Source: Octopus vulgaris
Lineage: Eukaryota
DNA: 64,000 bases
Assembly (NCBI GenBank): GCA_951406725.2
Contig: OX597821.1
Location: 80,290,001-80,354,000 of the forward strand
Reading direction: 5' to 3'
The position numbers and the translations under genes were made by a program. The notes below the pieces were generated by a model. That model was given only the letters and a program-made list of their open reading frames with translations, did not search any database and was not told the DNA's origin. This document shows, piece after piece, positions 37,799-51,561 of the stretch (positions within the stretch are counted from its first letter, which is position 1; the number at the start of each line of letters is the position of its first letter).

Positions 37799-38169
37799 TT
37801 GTCTTTTATCTAATTAGTAAAATGATTTCTTTTAATTTAAAATCGTAATATTTGCTTTGTGTTAGAATATAACAAATTCGGTTGAGTTCATCCCGGTGTT
37901 TTGTAGGTTCCCTGCTTGCGAGACTTCCTCCGCAAAACGTTGTTCCAGTGTGATTTGAAATCAAGGCGGTGAGTTAGCAAAATTTGGATCTACGGAAAGC
38001 TTTTGGTTCGGCTAATATCGATAGAAGCCCAGAAATGTGAAACTGTGGCCTTTACGAGGTCCGAAAGGTTTTATAACTGCAAAAAGATAGCTTCTTTCCT
38101 CTGAGAACTGAAATTACTCCCCAGATTCCCAGATAAAGTTTATATTCAAATACATGCTCTATAAATAAT

Positions 38170-38835
38170 TGTCAAAGTTTTAGCATAAGGCCGAAAATTT
38201 TTGTTGCGGATAGGGAGTTAGTCGGTTACACCGATCTCAGTTTTTGACTGAGACTTTATTTTATCGGCACTGAGAGGACGAAAGGCAAAGTTCACCTCGG
38301 CAAGGTTTGAATTCATAACGTAAAAAGCCGGAAGAAGTGCCGCTGATGATTTTGCCCGCTCACCTCCTTACACTCTATAAACAATCGTTTCTACTATAGG
38401 CAAAATGCCTGAAATTTGTAGGAGCGAGTAACTCGATTACATCGACTCCAGTATTTGACTGGTACTTGATTTATATACTCCGAAAGGATGAAAGGCAAAG
38501 TCAACCTCTGCAAGATTTGAACTCAGAACGTAACTGCAGACGAAATACCGTTAAGCATTTCGCCAGGTGTGTTAACAATTCTGCCAGCCCGCTGCTTTGC
38601 TTACACTCTATAGATAATAATAATGGATCCAAATTTTGCCACCAGGGTAGCCATTTTGAGGAGGAGGCGAGTCTATTATATCGACCCCAATGTTCGACTG
38701 GTACTTATTTTATTGACGCCGAAAAGATGAAAGACAATGTCGATCTCGGTGGAACTCAGAAGACAGACCCGGGTGAAACACCGCTAAGCATTTCGCCCTC
38801 GCCCTGCTAACGATTCTCACAGCTCACCGCCTTAC
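38170..38835 (-). mobile_element. Three stacked diverged SINE B copies
   Basis: GAAAG(G/A)CAA.GT..ACCTC core three times, separated by a repeated CTTACACTCTATA spacer. Confidence 0.8.
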
Positions 38836-38861
38836 TTACACTCTATAAATAATTATTGTTG

Positions 38862-38968
38862 TTTGTTCCTTCACGAGCCACGCCTGGCACATAAGGGCCG
38901 GTTTCCCGGTTTTCTTGGCGTATAGGTTCCCCACCTGGACAGGACGCCGGTCCGTCGCAGGTGAGCTG
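38862..38968 (-). mobile_element. SINE tail V fragment
   Basis: Reverse complement CTCACCTGCGACGGACCGGCGTCCTGTCCAGGTGGG; homologous to 49141-49240. Confidence 0.75.
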
Positions 38969-39956
38969 TTTATCTTGATATGACATCACCATGTCGCACA
39001 CATACGGTCGTGATGCATGTGCCTAGTGTACCCTTAGTCATGATGGGTAGTCATGATGGGTATACTGGCACTGCTCTCTCACTCAATAATAATAATAATA
39101 ATATGATCCCTGCTTTACCATCCATGCAAGAAGTGCTAAAGTTTGTCTTAATTGGTTCGTTATGCCTATTGAAAAGAGTCGCTGTGAATTTTCTTTCCTT
39201 TTTCCTCTTTATTAGTTTTTTTTGTATTCTCTTTATTCATTTTTTCTCTTTTTTTCCTTATTTCCTTTTTCTCTGTGTCTTTCCTCCCCACTCTCTTTCT
39301 ATCACATGACTTTGTAAATGAACAACCCGGTGTCTTTATGTTTATGGCCTACCAATGTATACAGTGAGTTTCTTCGCCTTACGTGTCGGGAAGATACTCG
39401 GCAAGAAATGGAAGCAAAATTGAAAGAAGATAAACATACTAGTAATAACAAACTTTAAGCCAGTCCAACTCCACAAATCTCCTACTTGATTCTAACCCTT
39501 AAAACACATTCTATAGGCATTTGTTTGTTTATTTTTGCTCCCTTATCATACCTCCTTAGACGTAAAGGATTGTTTATTAGAGTAAAGTGCCTCATTTAAT
39601 AGTAAGGCCTAAATAAACATTATCTGTTAACTTATATTACTTTATTGCAGTGTCCGCTTCCCCTCGCCCTGTTGACGGAGTCTAGCCACGTGTGCTAGGC
39701 TTACTTTTGTAATGATATGAAGCTAGGTCCATCACCTAAACACCTGCTTGAACTTGATAAGTGTGACATAATGTCTGCATAGTGGCCTGTTAAACCGAAG
39801 ACCTTCTTATGGGTTCAGGCATAGCTGTGTGGTTAAGAAGCTCATTTTGCAGCCACGCGGCGGGACTTTGGCAAAGTGATTTCTACTGTAGACAAGAAAA
39901 AAAAACGAATGTTTCTAATATGAATTTAATTAAAGGAAACTGTGTGGAAAGCTGCC

Positions 39957-40026
<70 letters not shown>

Positions 40027-40049
40027 ATCTTGAGCAAGTGTCTTCTATC

Positions 40050-40175
40050 GCCGGTTCATTCCCACTGCGTGGCACCTTGGGCAAGTGTCTTCTAATATAG
40101 CCTCGGGCCGACTAAAGGTGGAGCTCCAGCATGGCCACAGTCAAATGACTGAAACAAGTAAAAGAGTAAAGAGTA
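40050..40175 (+). mobile_element. SINE family A, deleted copy (another degraded head at 39810-39955)
   Basis: CCCACTGCGTGGCACCTTGGGCAAGTG joined at CGAC to TAAAGGTGGAGCTCCAGCATGG. Confidence 0.8.
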
Positions 40176-40403
40176 ATATATATATAGTTATAAAATCTCA
40201 AAAAGAGATCGGAGTGGTAGTATTTATACTAAGGAGTATATAGTCAATCGCCACGTCAGAGTGGCTGTTCCATGTTACTCCTAGTTTAACCCCAGGCAGA
40301 TCTTTCGCCAGCTGGTTATCGGTGCAATGCTGCACCCTTTATATATAATATATATTGCTAGCAGGAGGAGCGAACCCCTACCAACCTCTAGCAGACAAAA
40401 GGA

Positions 40404-40452
40404 TCGCAAAACTGATTCAGTTTGGAGCTGCTTGGCCCATCCTCAGTCGCGA
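40404..40452 (-). ncRNA. Type I hammerhead ribozyme motif, family H3 (G12C, probably inactive)
   Basis: TCGCGA-CTGAGGA-T-GGGC-CAAGCA-GCTC-CAAA-CTG-AAT-CAG-TT-TTGCGA: all three stems pair. It lies in a 130 bp segment flanked by TA repeats. Confidence 0.7.
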
Positions 40453-40554
40453 GTACCTGGCCCCTAGAGCGATAGCCAGAGTATATATATTTGGATTTGT
40501 GTGTCTGTGTATAACTTTGTGTTTGTCACTCACCACTGCTTAAGAACTGATTAT

Positions 40555-40755
40555 GGCGGCGAGTTGGTGGAATCGCTGCCGCATGCTTGGCGGAATTTCT
40601 CCCAACTTTACGATCTGAATTCAAATTCCGCCGCGGTCGACTTTGCCTTTCATCATTTCGAGGTTTCATCATAAGTACCAGTTAAGCATTAGGGTGGATG
40701 TAATTGACATACCCTGCCCCCCGAATTTTCTGGCCTTGTGCCAAACTTTGAAACC
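40555..40755 (+). mobile_element. SINE family B (tail 2)
   Basis: GGCGGCGAGTTGG...GTCGACTTTGCCTTTCATC...GGCCTTGTGCCAAA. Confidence 0.8.
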
Positions 40756-42168
40756 GATAATATTATTAATGATTACCGAACTATAATATAAGTGCTAACT
40801 AACAGTGTAAGAGCGAAATATTTGGCAAGTGATAAAAGCAACGACAGAAAGCTTAATTCATGACACATTAACATCTTTACCATTAGTGGGTCACTGTCGT
40901 ACACTGACGTCACAAAAGTTGGTGTCATCCAGTGCAGTAACTCATGGTGTTATCTTCCATAGACTTCCAACCGTGCCAGATCATACAAAATCCGTAGTAA
41001 AGTTTCTTTTTTTGTTCTAGTATTACTCGTAATTGTTGTGTATCACTGAATGAGAAGGAAATAGCATTGACATAAACATGTTGCAAAATTTAAAATTGCA
41101 TATTTAAATTACGATATAATACGCACGGTCTGGATGTTTTTAGGCTGTGCATAATTTCCTGTGGTTAAAATAAATATTCATTAAAGAAAATAATAACAAA
41201 AAAAAACAAAGCAATAGAATTCATAGTAAAATAATTTAAGAACCACTTTATATTAATGTTGATTTTTAACGTTTAAATTTGTTTTTTCTGAGGTAAATTA
41301 ATGTCACGAGGGCGTTGGTGTTAGATACTCTCACGAAGGTCATGGAAGGAAAGATATGGGATGCTGGTAATTGAGTCGGGTTCTGTTCTGGCTGTGTATG
41401 AATGATACCCAACCTACGTGAACATTTTTAGAGGAACTTTATTCACTGCACAAAATATTTTCTGTGCCAGTCTTTAACAAGGATTACACACTGGGAGGAC
41501 AATTCTGTAGTTATTACAAAATAGTTGGTTAACTGGTTTCTGTTAATACGCTGTCACGACAGGAGAAAATATCACACTGGATTCATAACTGCAAATCTGT
41601 AAATGCCGTCTACTCGGCTGATAAAGCAGCCACGAGAACGACTGTTAAATGTTACAAAATGAGAATGTGGTTTGCGTGGCGGCGATTCTCCACACTCGGA
41701 AATTTGGCACCCAAAGCATACCTATTAATAAGCCTCGTTAGACGTTCTAGAAGATTCTAGAAAGTTGCATCACGTGATGTCTCGATACTGATTGGTCAGT
41801 TTAATCAGCCGATCACATGAAATGGCTGTTACTAAGCCGTGAGTTTTATTTGAAAATTTGTCGATTTAGTTTCGAATCTACTACAAATGCATTAGGATTA
41901 CATTTTATGTTTGGCAGAATCTTTAGAGCATCAGAGAAATTACTTTATGCCATTCCGCCGTCGCTTTATATTCTGAGTTCAATGCAGTACTATCAATGGA
42001 TTTAACATGGGCCCAAATCTTGATAACCTTAGTAATCGGATTGACGTTTGTATATCCAATGCCATGAGAATGGCGGTACGGTCCGGTCAGTTATTATGCC
42101 GGACGGTTGTTCGAGAGAGTAATCCTTCAAATCGTGTCACCAGCATTTATTATGTTGCATCTAAGACA

Positions 42169-42294
42169 AAGAAGAAGAAGGAGGAGGAGGAGGAGGAGGA
42201 GGAGGAGGAGAAGGAGGAGGAGAAGAAGAAGAAGAAGAAGAAGAAGAAGAAGAAGAAGAAGAAGAAGAAGAAGAAGAAGAAGAAGAAGAAGAAG
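42169..42294. repeat. (GAG)n(GAA)n
   Basis: Directly visible. Confidence 0.95.
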
Positions 42295-42354
42295 ACTCTT
42301 CACTTGCTTAACTGTAAATATTTACTTTGGGATGTACCAAAGAGCAGTCCTGTA

Positions 42355-42555
42355 AGTGGTTGCCCGATATGCAAGAAATAGCAGCGGAAATGCACTCAGA
42401 TAATTTCATAATGTCTTAAAAGGCGGGACTGGAGACATTAGATAATATATTTTTGGAATCATTACATCTAAAATGACGGCATAGTCATGCATGGAATGTC
42501 TGTAATCACAGAGCTCCGCAATGATCACTGACCCGAGGGTAATTAACAAAAAACA
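42355..42555 (+). mobile_element. Old dispersed repeat family E, unclassified
   Basis: GCAAGAAATAGCAGC..AAAT motif and downstream similarity shared with 90-240 (+) and 12925-13095, 21300-21445, 51320-51430 (-). Confidence 0.5.
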
Positions 42556-43662
42556 ACTACATTACTGATTATGAATAAATAAGGCTTACTGCCACCTACA
42601 CCATATTTCTTCAAAGCGTACAACACTAATGCTGAGTGGATAACATATTTTTCTTTGCATCAAACTTGCTGACATTCTCCATTAGAGAAAAAAAGATGAA
42701 AAATGACATAAAATCAAAGACAGATACGATTTCTACAAATGTGTTGCTTCACAGAATACTCTTAATGACTCTTGTATCGTTATATATCTTAAAAAAGGTG
42801 AAGCTTTTCAAGTGGTTTCAAGTCGTCTGTTGAAGATTGCCATCTGGCGGCCATTTTGTCAACAACATTTAATAGCTGTTTCTATTTTCCCCGAAAACTC
42901 TCAACCAAATATAGGTTAACAGTTTCAAAACTTTACTCAAATAGACATCTCCTAACAGACGGGATTTAGTTACCGATAGACATTCCGAATTCTAAAATTA
43001 CTTTCAAGAAATCCATTTGCACTCCATGCCTGAAACTAATCCCTCATCGGGTTGCATAGGGTGTGAGGAGTGAATACTTGTGAAGCTGTCGTGTTGCAAA
43101 ACAAAAAAAAATAAATAAATAAAACTGAAGAAAACAAAAGGAAAACGAAAAAGAAAAAGAAAAAATATTCATGTCTGATCAGAAGAAAACCAGTTATTGC
43201 TGGGAGGTTTTCAATCAACAATGAGTTAATGACTTAAAAATTAAATACAGTAATGGGGTTAATGGGTAAATATAAGGTTAACCTAAAAGACGCTAATGGA
43301 ATCCTGGCTTAGATATCGTCGTCGGGAGTTTGTTGTTGAATAGAAAAGAGAAATTTCAAGAAATTAGAATAAATTTTTAGGCAGACATTGAATGCGTTGA
43401 AAATGTTTAAATAAAAGACATGGATGGTTGGTAATAGAGAAAATAAGATAAAAACTGGAATACATAAATCACATGTTCGTATATATATGCTTGTATGTAT
43501 GTGTGTGTTGTGTGTGCTGTGTGTGTGTGTGTGTGCGTGTGTGTTGAATGGTATGAGTGTGTTGTGTTTGTATGCGTTGCATGTGTTGTGTGTATGTATA
43601 TATATATATATATATGTGTGTGTGCGTATGAATCTATGTATACATACATATATGTACATATA

Positions 43663-43702
<40 letters not shown>

Positions 43703-43745
43703 TATACACTCGCACATACATACACACATACACATACATACATGC

Positions 43746-43777
<32 letters not shown>

Positions 43778-43909
43778 TAACATACATACACACACACGCA
43801 CATTCACACACACACGCATACGCACGAATTCAGTTTTAGTTATCAATATATATCCGCAACGTGTTGAACACTCCTCTTTTATTCGTTCTACGTAATTTAG
43901 CGTACGCGT

Positions 43910-44445
43910 GTATACATACATACATGCATACATGCATACATGCATACATACATACATACATACATGCATACATACATACATACATACATACATACATACA
44001 TGCATACATACATACGCACACACACAAACATACATACATACATACATACATACATGCATACATACATACATAAATACATGCATGCATGCATACATACATA
44101 CATACATACATACATACATACATACATGCATGCATGCATGCATACATACATACATACATACATACATACATGCATGCATGCATACATACATACATACATG
44201 CATGCATACATACATACATACATACACACACATACATACATACATACATACATACATACATACATACATACATACATACATACATACATGCATACATACA
44301 TACATACATGCATGCATGCATACATACATACATACATACATGCATGCATACATACATACATACATGCATGCATGCATGCATACATACATGCATACATACA
44401 TACATACATACATACATACATACATACATACATACATACATACAC
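43910..44445. repeat. (TACA)n with TGCA variants
   Basis: Directly visible. Confidence 0.97.
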
Positions 44446-44849
44446 GCATATTGGATTTACTTGTATGTAAGTCGTTCTCAATTTGCAGTATACTTTGCAT
44501 AGAAAAATAGGTACAAAGTTTTTGCATTCGAAAAATCTTCATAGAAGATAGCACAAGGCCAGGAAGACTTACAGATTTCATTTTATTTCTATTGTTATTC
44601 ATGGAATTACATAATGAAATGTGCCATGAGGTTCAACACATACACTTTTTGTCGTTAATATTTTTTAGTCTATATCTAAGTGGAACATGGTTGAATATGA
44701 AATCAGAAAGGAAAAAGCTGGACACAGATATAACAACGCATACATTTCGACATTTTTAGTTCTAATATTTCGACCAATCCACTACTTATTCGCTCATATC
44801 GTCGAATGTCAGGACAAATACTGCGAGGTATCCTATCCCACATTCTAAC

Positions 44850-45003
44850 GGTGTGTTTACGTCCCCGTAACGAAGTGGTCCGGCAAAAGACACCGATAGA
44901 ATAAGTACTAGGCTTGCAAAGAATAAGTCCTGGGATCGATGCGTTCGACTAAAGGCGATGCTCTAGCATGGCCGCAGTCAAATGACTAAAACAAATAAAA
45001 GAA
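44850..45003 (+). mobile_element. SINE family A 3' half
   Basis: GGTGTGTTTACGTCCCCGTAAC...GCAGTCAAATGACT. Confidence 0.85.
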
Positions 45004-45337
45004 TATATATATATATATATATACATATAGTGAGGGACCCCTAGCTATTGCCTCAGCCTCAGCATCCTTCCAGCAGATGGATACTGATGTAAAACCCTTG
45101 GTTACAAGTGATTACTGGTCACCTCATTTGGGCTTCTCAATAGGTACTAAACGCAGACACACATAGAGTGGTACTTGTGTTGTACAAGCGTTTACCACTG
45201 TAATCCAATGATGGACAGACGACTCATTATAGTGACTTCACTTCTCATCCCATCTATTGAAAGTCATTTGGCAGTGAACGTGTGTCGATATGTGTTGACC
45301 TAACCAGTTGGAAACACGCAGTAATTTACAACATTCT

Positions 45338-45569
45338 TATTTCTTTATTGCCCATAAGGGATTAAACAAAGAGGGGACAAACAAGGACAGACAAACATAT
45401 TAAGTCGATTACATCGACCACAGTGCGTAACTGGTACTTATTTAATCGACCCCGAAAGGATGGAAGGCAAAGTCGACCTCGGCGGAATTTGAACTCAGAA
45501 CGTAGCGGCAGACGAAATACCGCTTGCATTTCGCCCGACGTGCTAACGTTTCTGCCCGCTCGCCGCCTT
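45338..45569 (-). mobile_element. SINE family B (tail 1)
   Basis: Full reverse-complement copy; possible TSD TTACAAC. Confidence 0.9.
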
Positions 45570-45874
45570 ACAACTTAAAGCTTTCTGCTGTCCCCTATGT
45601 TTCGAGCCATGAAAATCTGCAACGCGACTGAATAGTCAACTGAAAGATTAGAAATGCCAATGACACCGATGAAGCACATCGAACTAGTAGTCATCTGTGA
45701 AGATGGAGCAATCGCCATAAATATACACATGCACGCATGTATGAATGTAGGTATTAAGTAATCGAACAGTAGGAATTAAGCTCTCAGTTAGCCATAAAAT
45801 GCAGTCAGCTTCGATTTTCGATTATATCTCTATCGCTATGTCGTTATGCTCTTAGTTACAGCTTTGGTTTAGAT

Positions 45875-46470
45875 AAGTGGTTCCCAACAGGGGCCATATG
45901 AGCCTTGGGGGTTCATATAAGAGTTTGTTGTTAAAATTTGCGCAGGAGTGGCTGTGTGGTAAGTAGCTTGCTTACCAACCACATGGTTCCGGGTTCAGTC
46001 CCACTGCGTGGCACCTTGGGCAAGTGTCTTCTACTATAGCCTCGGGCTGACCAAAGCCTTGTGGGTGGATTTGGTGGACGGAAACTGAAAGAAGCCTGTC
46101 GTATATACATATGTGTGTGTGTGTGTGCGCGCGTGTGTGTGAGTGTGTGTCTGTGTGTGCGTGTATCTGTGTTCGTCCCTTACCATCGCTTGACAACCGA
46201 TGTTGGTGCGTTTACGTCCCAGTAATTTAGCGATTCGGCAAAAGAGACCGATAGAGTTAGTACTAGGCTTACAAAGAATAAGTCCTGGGGTCGATTTGCT
46301 CGACTAAAGGCGGTGCTCCAGCATGGCTGCAGTCAAATGACTGAAACAAGTAAAAGAGTAATTGTGAAAATATAATAAAGTTTTCTTAACCATCGAATGG
46401 TTAGTGGGGTCCAGTAAAATAGAATATGAATCAAAGTGATCCATAGATAAAAAATAGTTGAGAACTGCTG
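45875..46470. mobile_element. hAT (Charlie-like) MITE interrupted by SINE A
   Basis: Ends AAGTGGTTCCCAAC and GTTGAGAACTGCTG; 8 bp flanks GTTTAGAT and ATTTACAT (6 of 8 identical, central TA). Confidence 0.65.
45940..46360 (+). mobile_element. SINE family A, full length
   Basis: Head, central (TG)n and tail GAAACAAGTAAAAGAGTA all intact. Confidence 0.92.
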
Positions 46471-46797
46471 ATTTACATAAATTCTTCCCTGTGGATCAGC
46501 CATTCTGTCATAAGCAACAATCCTTGAAAATTCGGTACTTATTGCCGACCTCGTAATATGAACTGACGTGCATATAATCAAGAGCATTTTTTTAATACTC
46601 TATGAAACATAATCATATTACGCATCTGAACTCAATACTTAATGAACTGATAGATTAATGATAGATCCTGCATCTAGCTGTTTTATTAGTGCAAAGTATA
46701 TTTTGTAATATGATTTAATCTCATTTGATCTGCCTTTAAAGATCTGCTACCGTAGAAATGATTCTTGATAATATAATGCAAATACACTTTAGCTTGT

Positions 46798-47106
46798 GGA
46801 GGCGCAATGGCCCAGTGGTTAGGGTAGCAGACTCGCGGTCGAAGGATCACGGTCTCGATTCCCAGACCGGGCATTGAGTGTTTATTGAGCGAAAACACCT
46901 AAAGCTCCACGAGGCTCCGGCAGAGGGTGGTGGTGAACCCTGCTATACTCTTTCGCCATAACTTTCTCTCACTCTTTCTTCCTGTTTCTGTTGTACCTGT
47001 ATTTCAAAGAGACCAGCCTTGTCACACTCTGTGTCACGCAAAATCTCCCCGAGGACCATGTTACGAGTACACGTGTCTGTGGAGTGCTCAGCCACTTGCA
47101 CGTTAA
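46798..47106 (+). mobile_element. SINE head C plus tail X, truncated; abuts SINE B and A heads on the minus strand (47107-47310)
   Basis: Head as at 26210; then TTGTACCTGTATTTCAAAG...GTGCTCAGCCACTTGCACGTT as at 23520. Confidence 0.88.
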
Positions 47107-47609
47107 TAAGCATTTTGCCCGCCGTGCTAACGTTTCTGCCAGCTCGCCGCCTTTTCTTCACACTTTCTGTCAACCAGGTTCACCTACAACGCATTGGTCG
47201 GTCCGGAGATAAAGTAGAGGACGCTTGCCCGAGTGCCACACGGTGGGGCTGAACACGAAACCACATGGTTCGAAGCGAACTTCTAAACCATAGCCATACC
47301 TGCGCCTGTATCCAACACAGGGGCGTTTCAATCAGCCGCATTATTGATTCCATCGCAAGAAGAACAAAGTTTTAAGAAGAAAAGTGAAAATGCGATAAAT
47401 TTTGTTGGAATCTGAAATAGTTAGAAATGGAGAATTCGTGAAGCGAAATTTGGATTTGAGATTAGCAGGAGGAGAGTAAGGGGAGAGGGTGATGGGAGAG
47501 GGTGATGAGGAGATCTGTGTAAATGTGAAGATGAAAATTGAAGGAGATAAGAACAAGGGAAATCAGTAAGGAGGAAGACGAAGATGGTCGCAGAGGTGGC
47601 AGAAGACAA

Positions 47610-47792
47610 GGAAGAAGAAGAAGAAGAAGAAGAAAAAGAAGAAAAAGAAGAAAATGAAGAAAAAGAAGAAAAGAAGAAAAAGAAGAAGAAAAAGAAGAAG
47701 AAGAAGAAGAAGAAGAAGAAGAAGAAGAAGAAGAAGAAGAAGAAGAAGAAGAAGAAGAAGAAGAAGAAGAAGAAGAAGAAGAAGAAGAAGAA

Positions 47793-47839
<47 letters not shown>

Positions 47840-47897
47840 AGAAGAAGAAGAAGAAGAAGAAGAAGAAGAAGAAGAAGAAGAAGAAGAAGAAGAAGAA
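47610..47897. repeat. (GAA)n
   Basis: Directly visible. Confidence 0.97.
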
Positions 47898-48077
47898 ACT
47901 TAAGAAAATGACGACGATGATGATGATGAAAAGAAAGCTCGAAAGAAATAAATAAACGCGCCATTGTGAAAATAATAATCTGATGAAAATAAAGAGTTGG
48001 TGAAAGAGATGTAAAAAGTTTTATTTTTAAATGACAGGATGAGTGAAGAAAGAAGTTATGTGTGTGTGTGTGTGTGT

Positions 48078-48118
<41 letters not shown>

Positions 48119-48958
48119 TGTGTGTGTGAGTGTGTGTAATATGATGGCGCGGAAGGGGGACGTGAGGGATAATATTAGCAAGTAATTATAGAGCAATAAG
48201 TTTAGGGCTTAGTCTTGCTATTTGGAAACTGATGATATCAATGGTGTTAGTGGTTTGTCTTAAAACACTTAAGAGGAGAGAGAGAGAGAGAAATAGAGAG
48301 AGAGTGAGAGAGAGAGAGAGTGTGTGTGTATGTGAGAGAGAGAGAGAGAGAAAGAGTGAGTAGGGGGAGAAGATGAAATAAAGTAGAAAATGTGATGGCG
48401 GGCGAAGTGGGAATGAAAGATAAAGAAGCGGAGTGGGAGAAAGACTAGAAACGATGGGGGGGATAGAAATAGAAAGAAAGAAAGAAGGGAAGGAAAGAAG
48501 GAAGAAAGGAAGGAAGGAAGGGGGGAGAAAGAAAAGAAGAGAGGCTGCGAGAAAAAGAGAGGGTACAGCTTGTTTCTTCTCATATTTGAAGAAAAAAGCG
48601 AAACGGGAATGAAGACCAACGAATGACAGATATATTAATCACAAGATTAACAAAACGAATAAATAAATAAAGGACAAAGAAAAAAAGAAAGGTAGAAGAA
48701 AAGAAAGAAAGAAAGAAAGAAAGACAGTAAATAATAGTAAATAAAAAATAAAAGATGAAAAAACAAAAAAACGCACTGAGTGAATGAATGAATTTGACAA
48801 CAAAAATATTCGCGAGTTCGTGCCACACACTAAGACCATTGAAAACGTAAATCTGTTTCATGTAAGACTAATTATAGTAACATGTTTACATTTTGAAACA
48901 AAGCGAAAACGTGCTGAAATGAAGAGTACTTCTATCAGAGTGAGTGAGGGGGAGAGAG

Positions 48959-48993
<35 letters not shown>

Positions 48994-49140
48994 GAAGGAT
49001 GGAGATAGAGAGGGGGTGAGGAAAGCATGAAAGCAAAAAAAAAAAAGGAAGAACAAATCGTGAGCATCCGGTGGAACTTGAACTCATGCAATTTCATTCT
49101 GCTTAGTGCTCTCAATAGGATGAACCTTCTTCCAGTATTA

Positions 49141-49390
49141 AATGTTCCTTCTCGAGCCATGCCAGGCTCATAAGGACTGGTTTTCCGGTTTTAGTGGCGT
49201 AGAAATTCCCACCTGGACGGGACGCCGGTCCATCGCAGGATCAACTCATTTTTGCCACCTGAGTGGACTGGATCAACGTGAAATGAAGTGTTTTGCTCAA
49301 GAACACAACGCATCACCCGGTCCAGGAGTCGAAACCACAACCTTACTATCATTAGTTCAACACCCTAACCACTAAGCCACGCGCCTCCAC
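49141..49390 (-). mobile_element. SINE head D plus tail V with 13 bp TSD
   Basis: TCTTCCAGTATTA at 49128-49140 and 49391-49403; tail CCTGCGATGGACCGGCGTCCCGTCCAGG resembles the V-SINE domain. Confidence 0.9.
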
Positions 49391-49982
49391 TCTTCCAGTA
49401 TTAGTGTCTTTATAATTCGGAACCGCATCGAAATTTGAGGGTTTTCTTTTTTGCCTTTTTATCCTAGAACAAGCAGAATTCGCGCGCTGTTGCTTGTGTG
49501 TGCTTTGGTCCGCCGAAGATTCGGTTACATCACGAAACGTCTTCCATATTATACTAGTCTGACAGCGGTGACTTTACAACCAGTTCATTGAGTTATAACA
49601 AAGCTGTAACTAGGTCACTTGACATTTTTTATGGTCGACTATTCATTATCCTTTTTATCTTCTTTTGTTTGTTTCAGTCACTGGACTGCAGTTATGCTGG
49701 GTCATCGCCTTCAAGGGCTCTTTTAGTCGAACTTAAACACCCCTAAACACAATTTACACAATCATAGACACGCACTCACACACAATAAAACACGCACGCA
49801 CAAAACGGGCTTCCACACAGTTTTCATCTCTCAAATTCACTCACATTAGTCGGCGTGGGGCTACAACAGAAGACACTTGCTCAAGATGCCGCACAATGAG
49901 ACTGAACTCAAGATTACATAGGTACAAAGCGAAATTATCAATCACGCAGAATTATCATTAATATTATTACAAAACTTTTGTT

Positions 49983-50221
49983 ACTTTACTCCTTACTCTT
50001 TTACTCTTTTACTTGTTTCAGTCATTTGACTGTGGCCATGCTGGAGCACCACTTTTAGTCGAGCAAATCGACCCCAGGACTTATTCTTTGTAAGCCTAGT
50101 ACTTATTCTATCGGTCTATTTTTCTTAACCGCTAAGTTACGGGGGCATAAACACACCAGCATTGGTTGTCAAGCGATGTTGGGGGGACAAACACAGACAC
50201 ACAGACACAGACACACACACA

Positions 50222-50301
<80 letters not shown>

Positions 50302-50463
50302 TACGACGGGCTTCTTTCAGTTTCCGTTTACGAAATCTACTCACAAGGCTTTGGTCGGCCCGAGGCTATAGTAGAAGACACTTGCCCAAGGTGCCACGGA
50401 ATGGGACTGAACCCGGAACCATGTTGTTTGTAAGCAAGCTACTTACTACACAGCCACTCCTGC
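49983..50463 (-). mobile_element. SINE family A, full length (older degraded copy at 49660-49945)
   Basis: Reverse complement matches the 45940 copy. Confidence 0.92.
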
Positions 50464-51515
50464 TTTCTTGAATGTTTTTGGTGTTTAGTTTAGATTTCGG
50501 CTAACGATTAAGCCGGCCCATAACCAAAGGTATTCTTGGTAGCAGTGGCAGAATCGCTAGCGTGTCGGACACGCTGCTTGGCAGCATTTCTTCCTGCTTC
50601 ATGATCTAGGTTTAAATTCTGCCGAAGTCGATTTTACCTATCAAGGTCGATAAAGTAAATACTGGTTGAACACTGGGGTCGATGTAATCGATTTACCTCA
50701 CCACTAAAATTGCTGGCCTTGTGCTAAAATTTGGAAACGTTACTTTCATTATTTATCTCTTGTAGGACGGATCCGGTTGTCGACCGTCTTCATCGTAAAG
50801 ATCGCCCTGTAGCCCTCCTTTGGTTGAAATAATTAGATTTTTCCTCTTCCTTGTGGCTATAGCGAAGAGGTCGTGTGGTGGATGAGACTGGAGGGACACC
50901 AGACAAACATGCTTAGCAGCATTTCGTCCGTCTTCAAGTTGGTTTTGTCTTTCATCCTTTCAGAGTTGATAAATTAAGTACCAGTCATGTACTAAGGTCA
51001 ATGTAATCAGATAGCCTTCTCCCCTAAATGTCAGGCCTTGTACCTATTATAGAAAAGGTTAATATTATTATTTGACCCTGTGTGGTTAAAAATCTTGCTT
51101 TGCAACCATATGGTTCTGATTTCGATCCTGCTGCACAGCATCTAAGCAGGTATTAATGAATGGCTGATAAGTGGAATTTGGTAGACGGAAAGTGAGCGGA
51201 AGTACGTCCGATAGTCCGCGAACTGACCACCAGAGAAAGCCAGCCGCGCGCTGCTTCTCTAACCTACAAAAACATCCACCTGAAATTAGATATAATTTCA
51301 CGGTGTTTCAAGATTGAATCTAAAACTTCATTATCCAATGTATCATTTCGCTTTGAAAGACATTCGGATACGATTTGAAGGCAATTTGGTTGATATTTCT
51401 AGCAGACCGAACGATCGCCTAGAGAATCTGGTGTTGGTACGATGTAGGTTATCAATCAGCTCTACTGTCTCAGGTACATGAACAGTATTCCAATGTTGGC
51501 CATGCTACAGATTTA

Positions 51516-51561
<46 letters not shown>

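Noticed and set aside
40290-40340. GAAAGATCT palindrome on the minus strand like a hammerhead 3' half
   Set aside because: The CUGANGA half is absent before the TA repeat, so no fold can be supported.
42846-42858. GGCGGCCATTTTG YY1-like motif
   Set aside because: Single short motif without promoter context; common in transposon ends.
43634-44602. Long ORFs such as 322 aa MYVC/HTYI repeats and poly-Y, K, L, H, M frames across the window
   Set aside because: Stop-free translations of microsatellites; no coding evidence.
46798-46875. tRNA-like sequences with A and B boxes
   Set aside because: No closed acceptor stem and continuous with dispersed repeat bodies; these are SINE heads.
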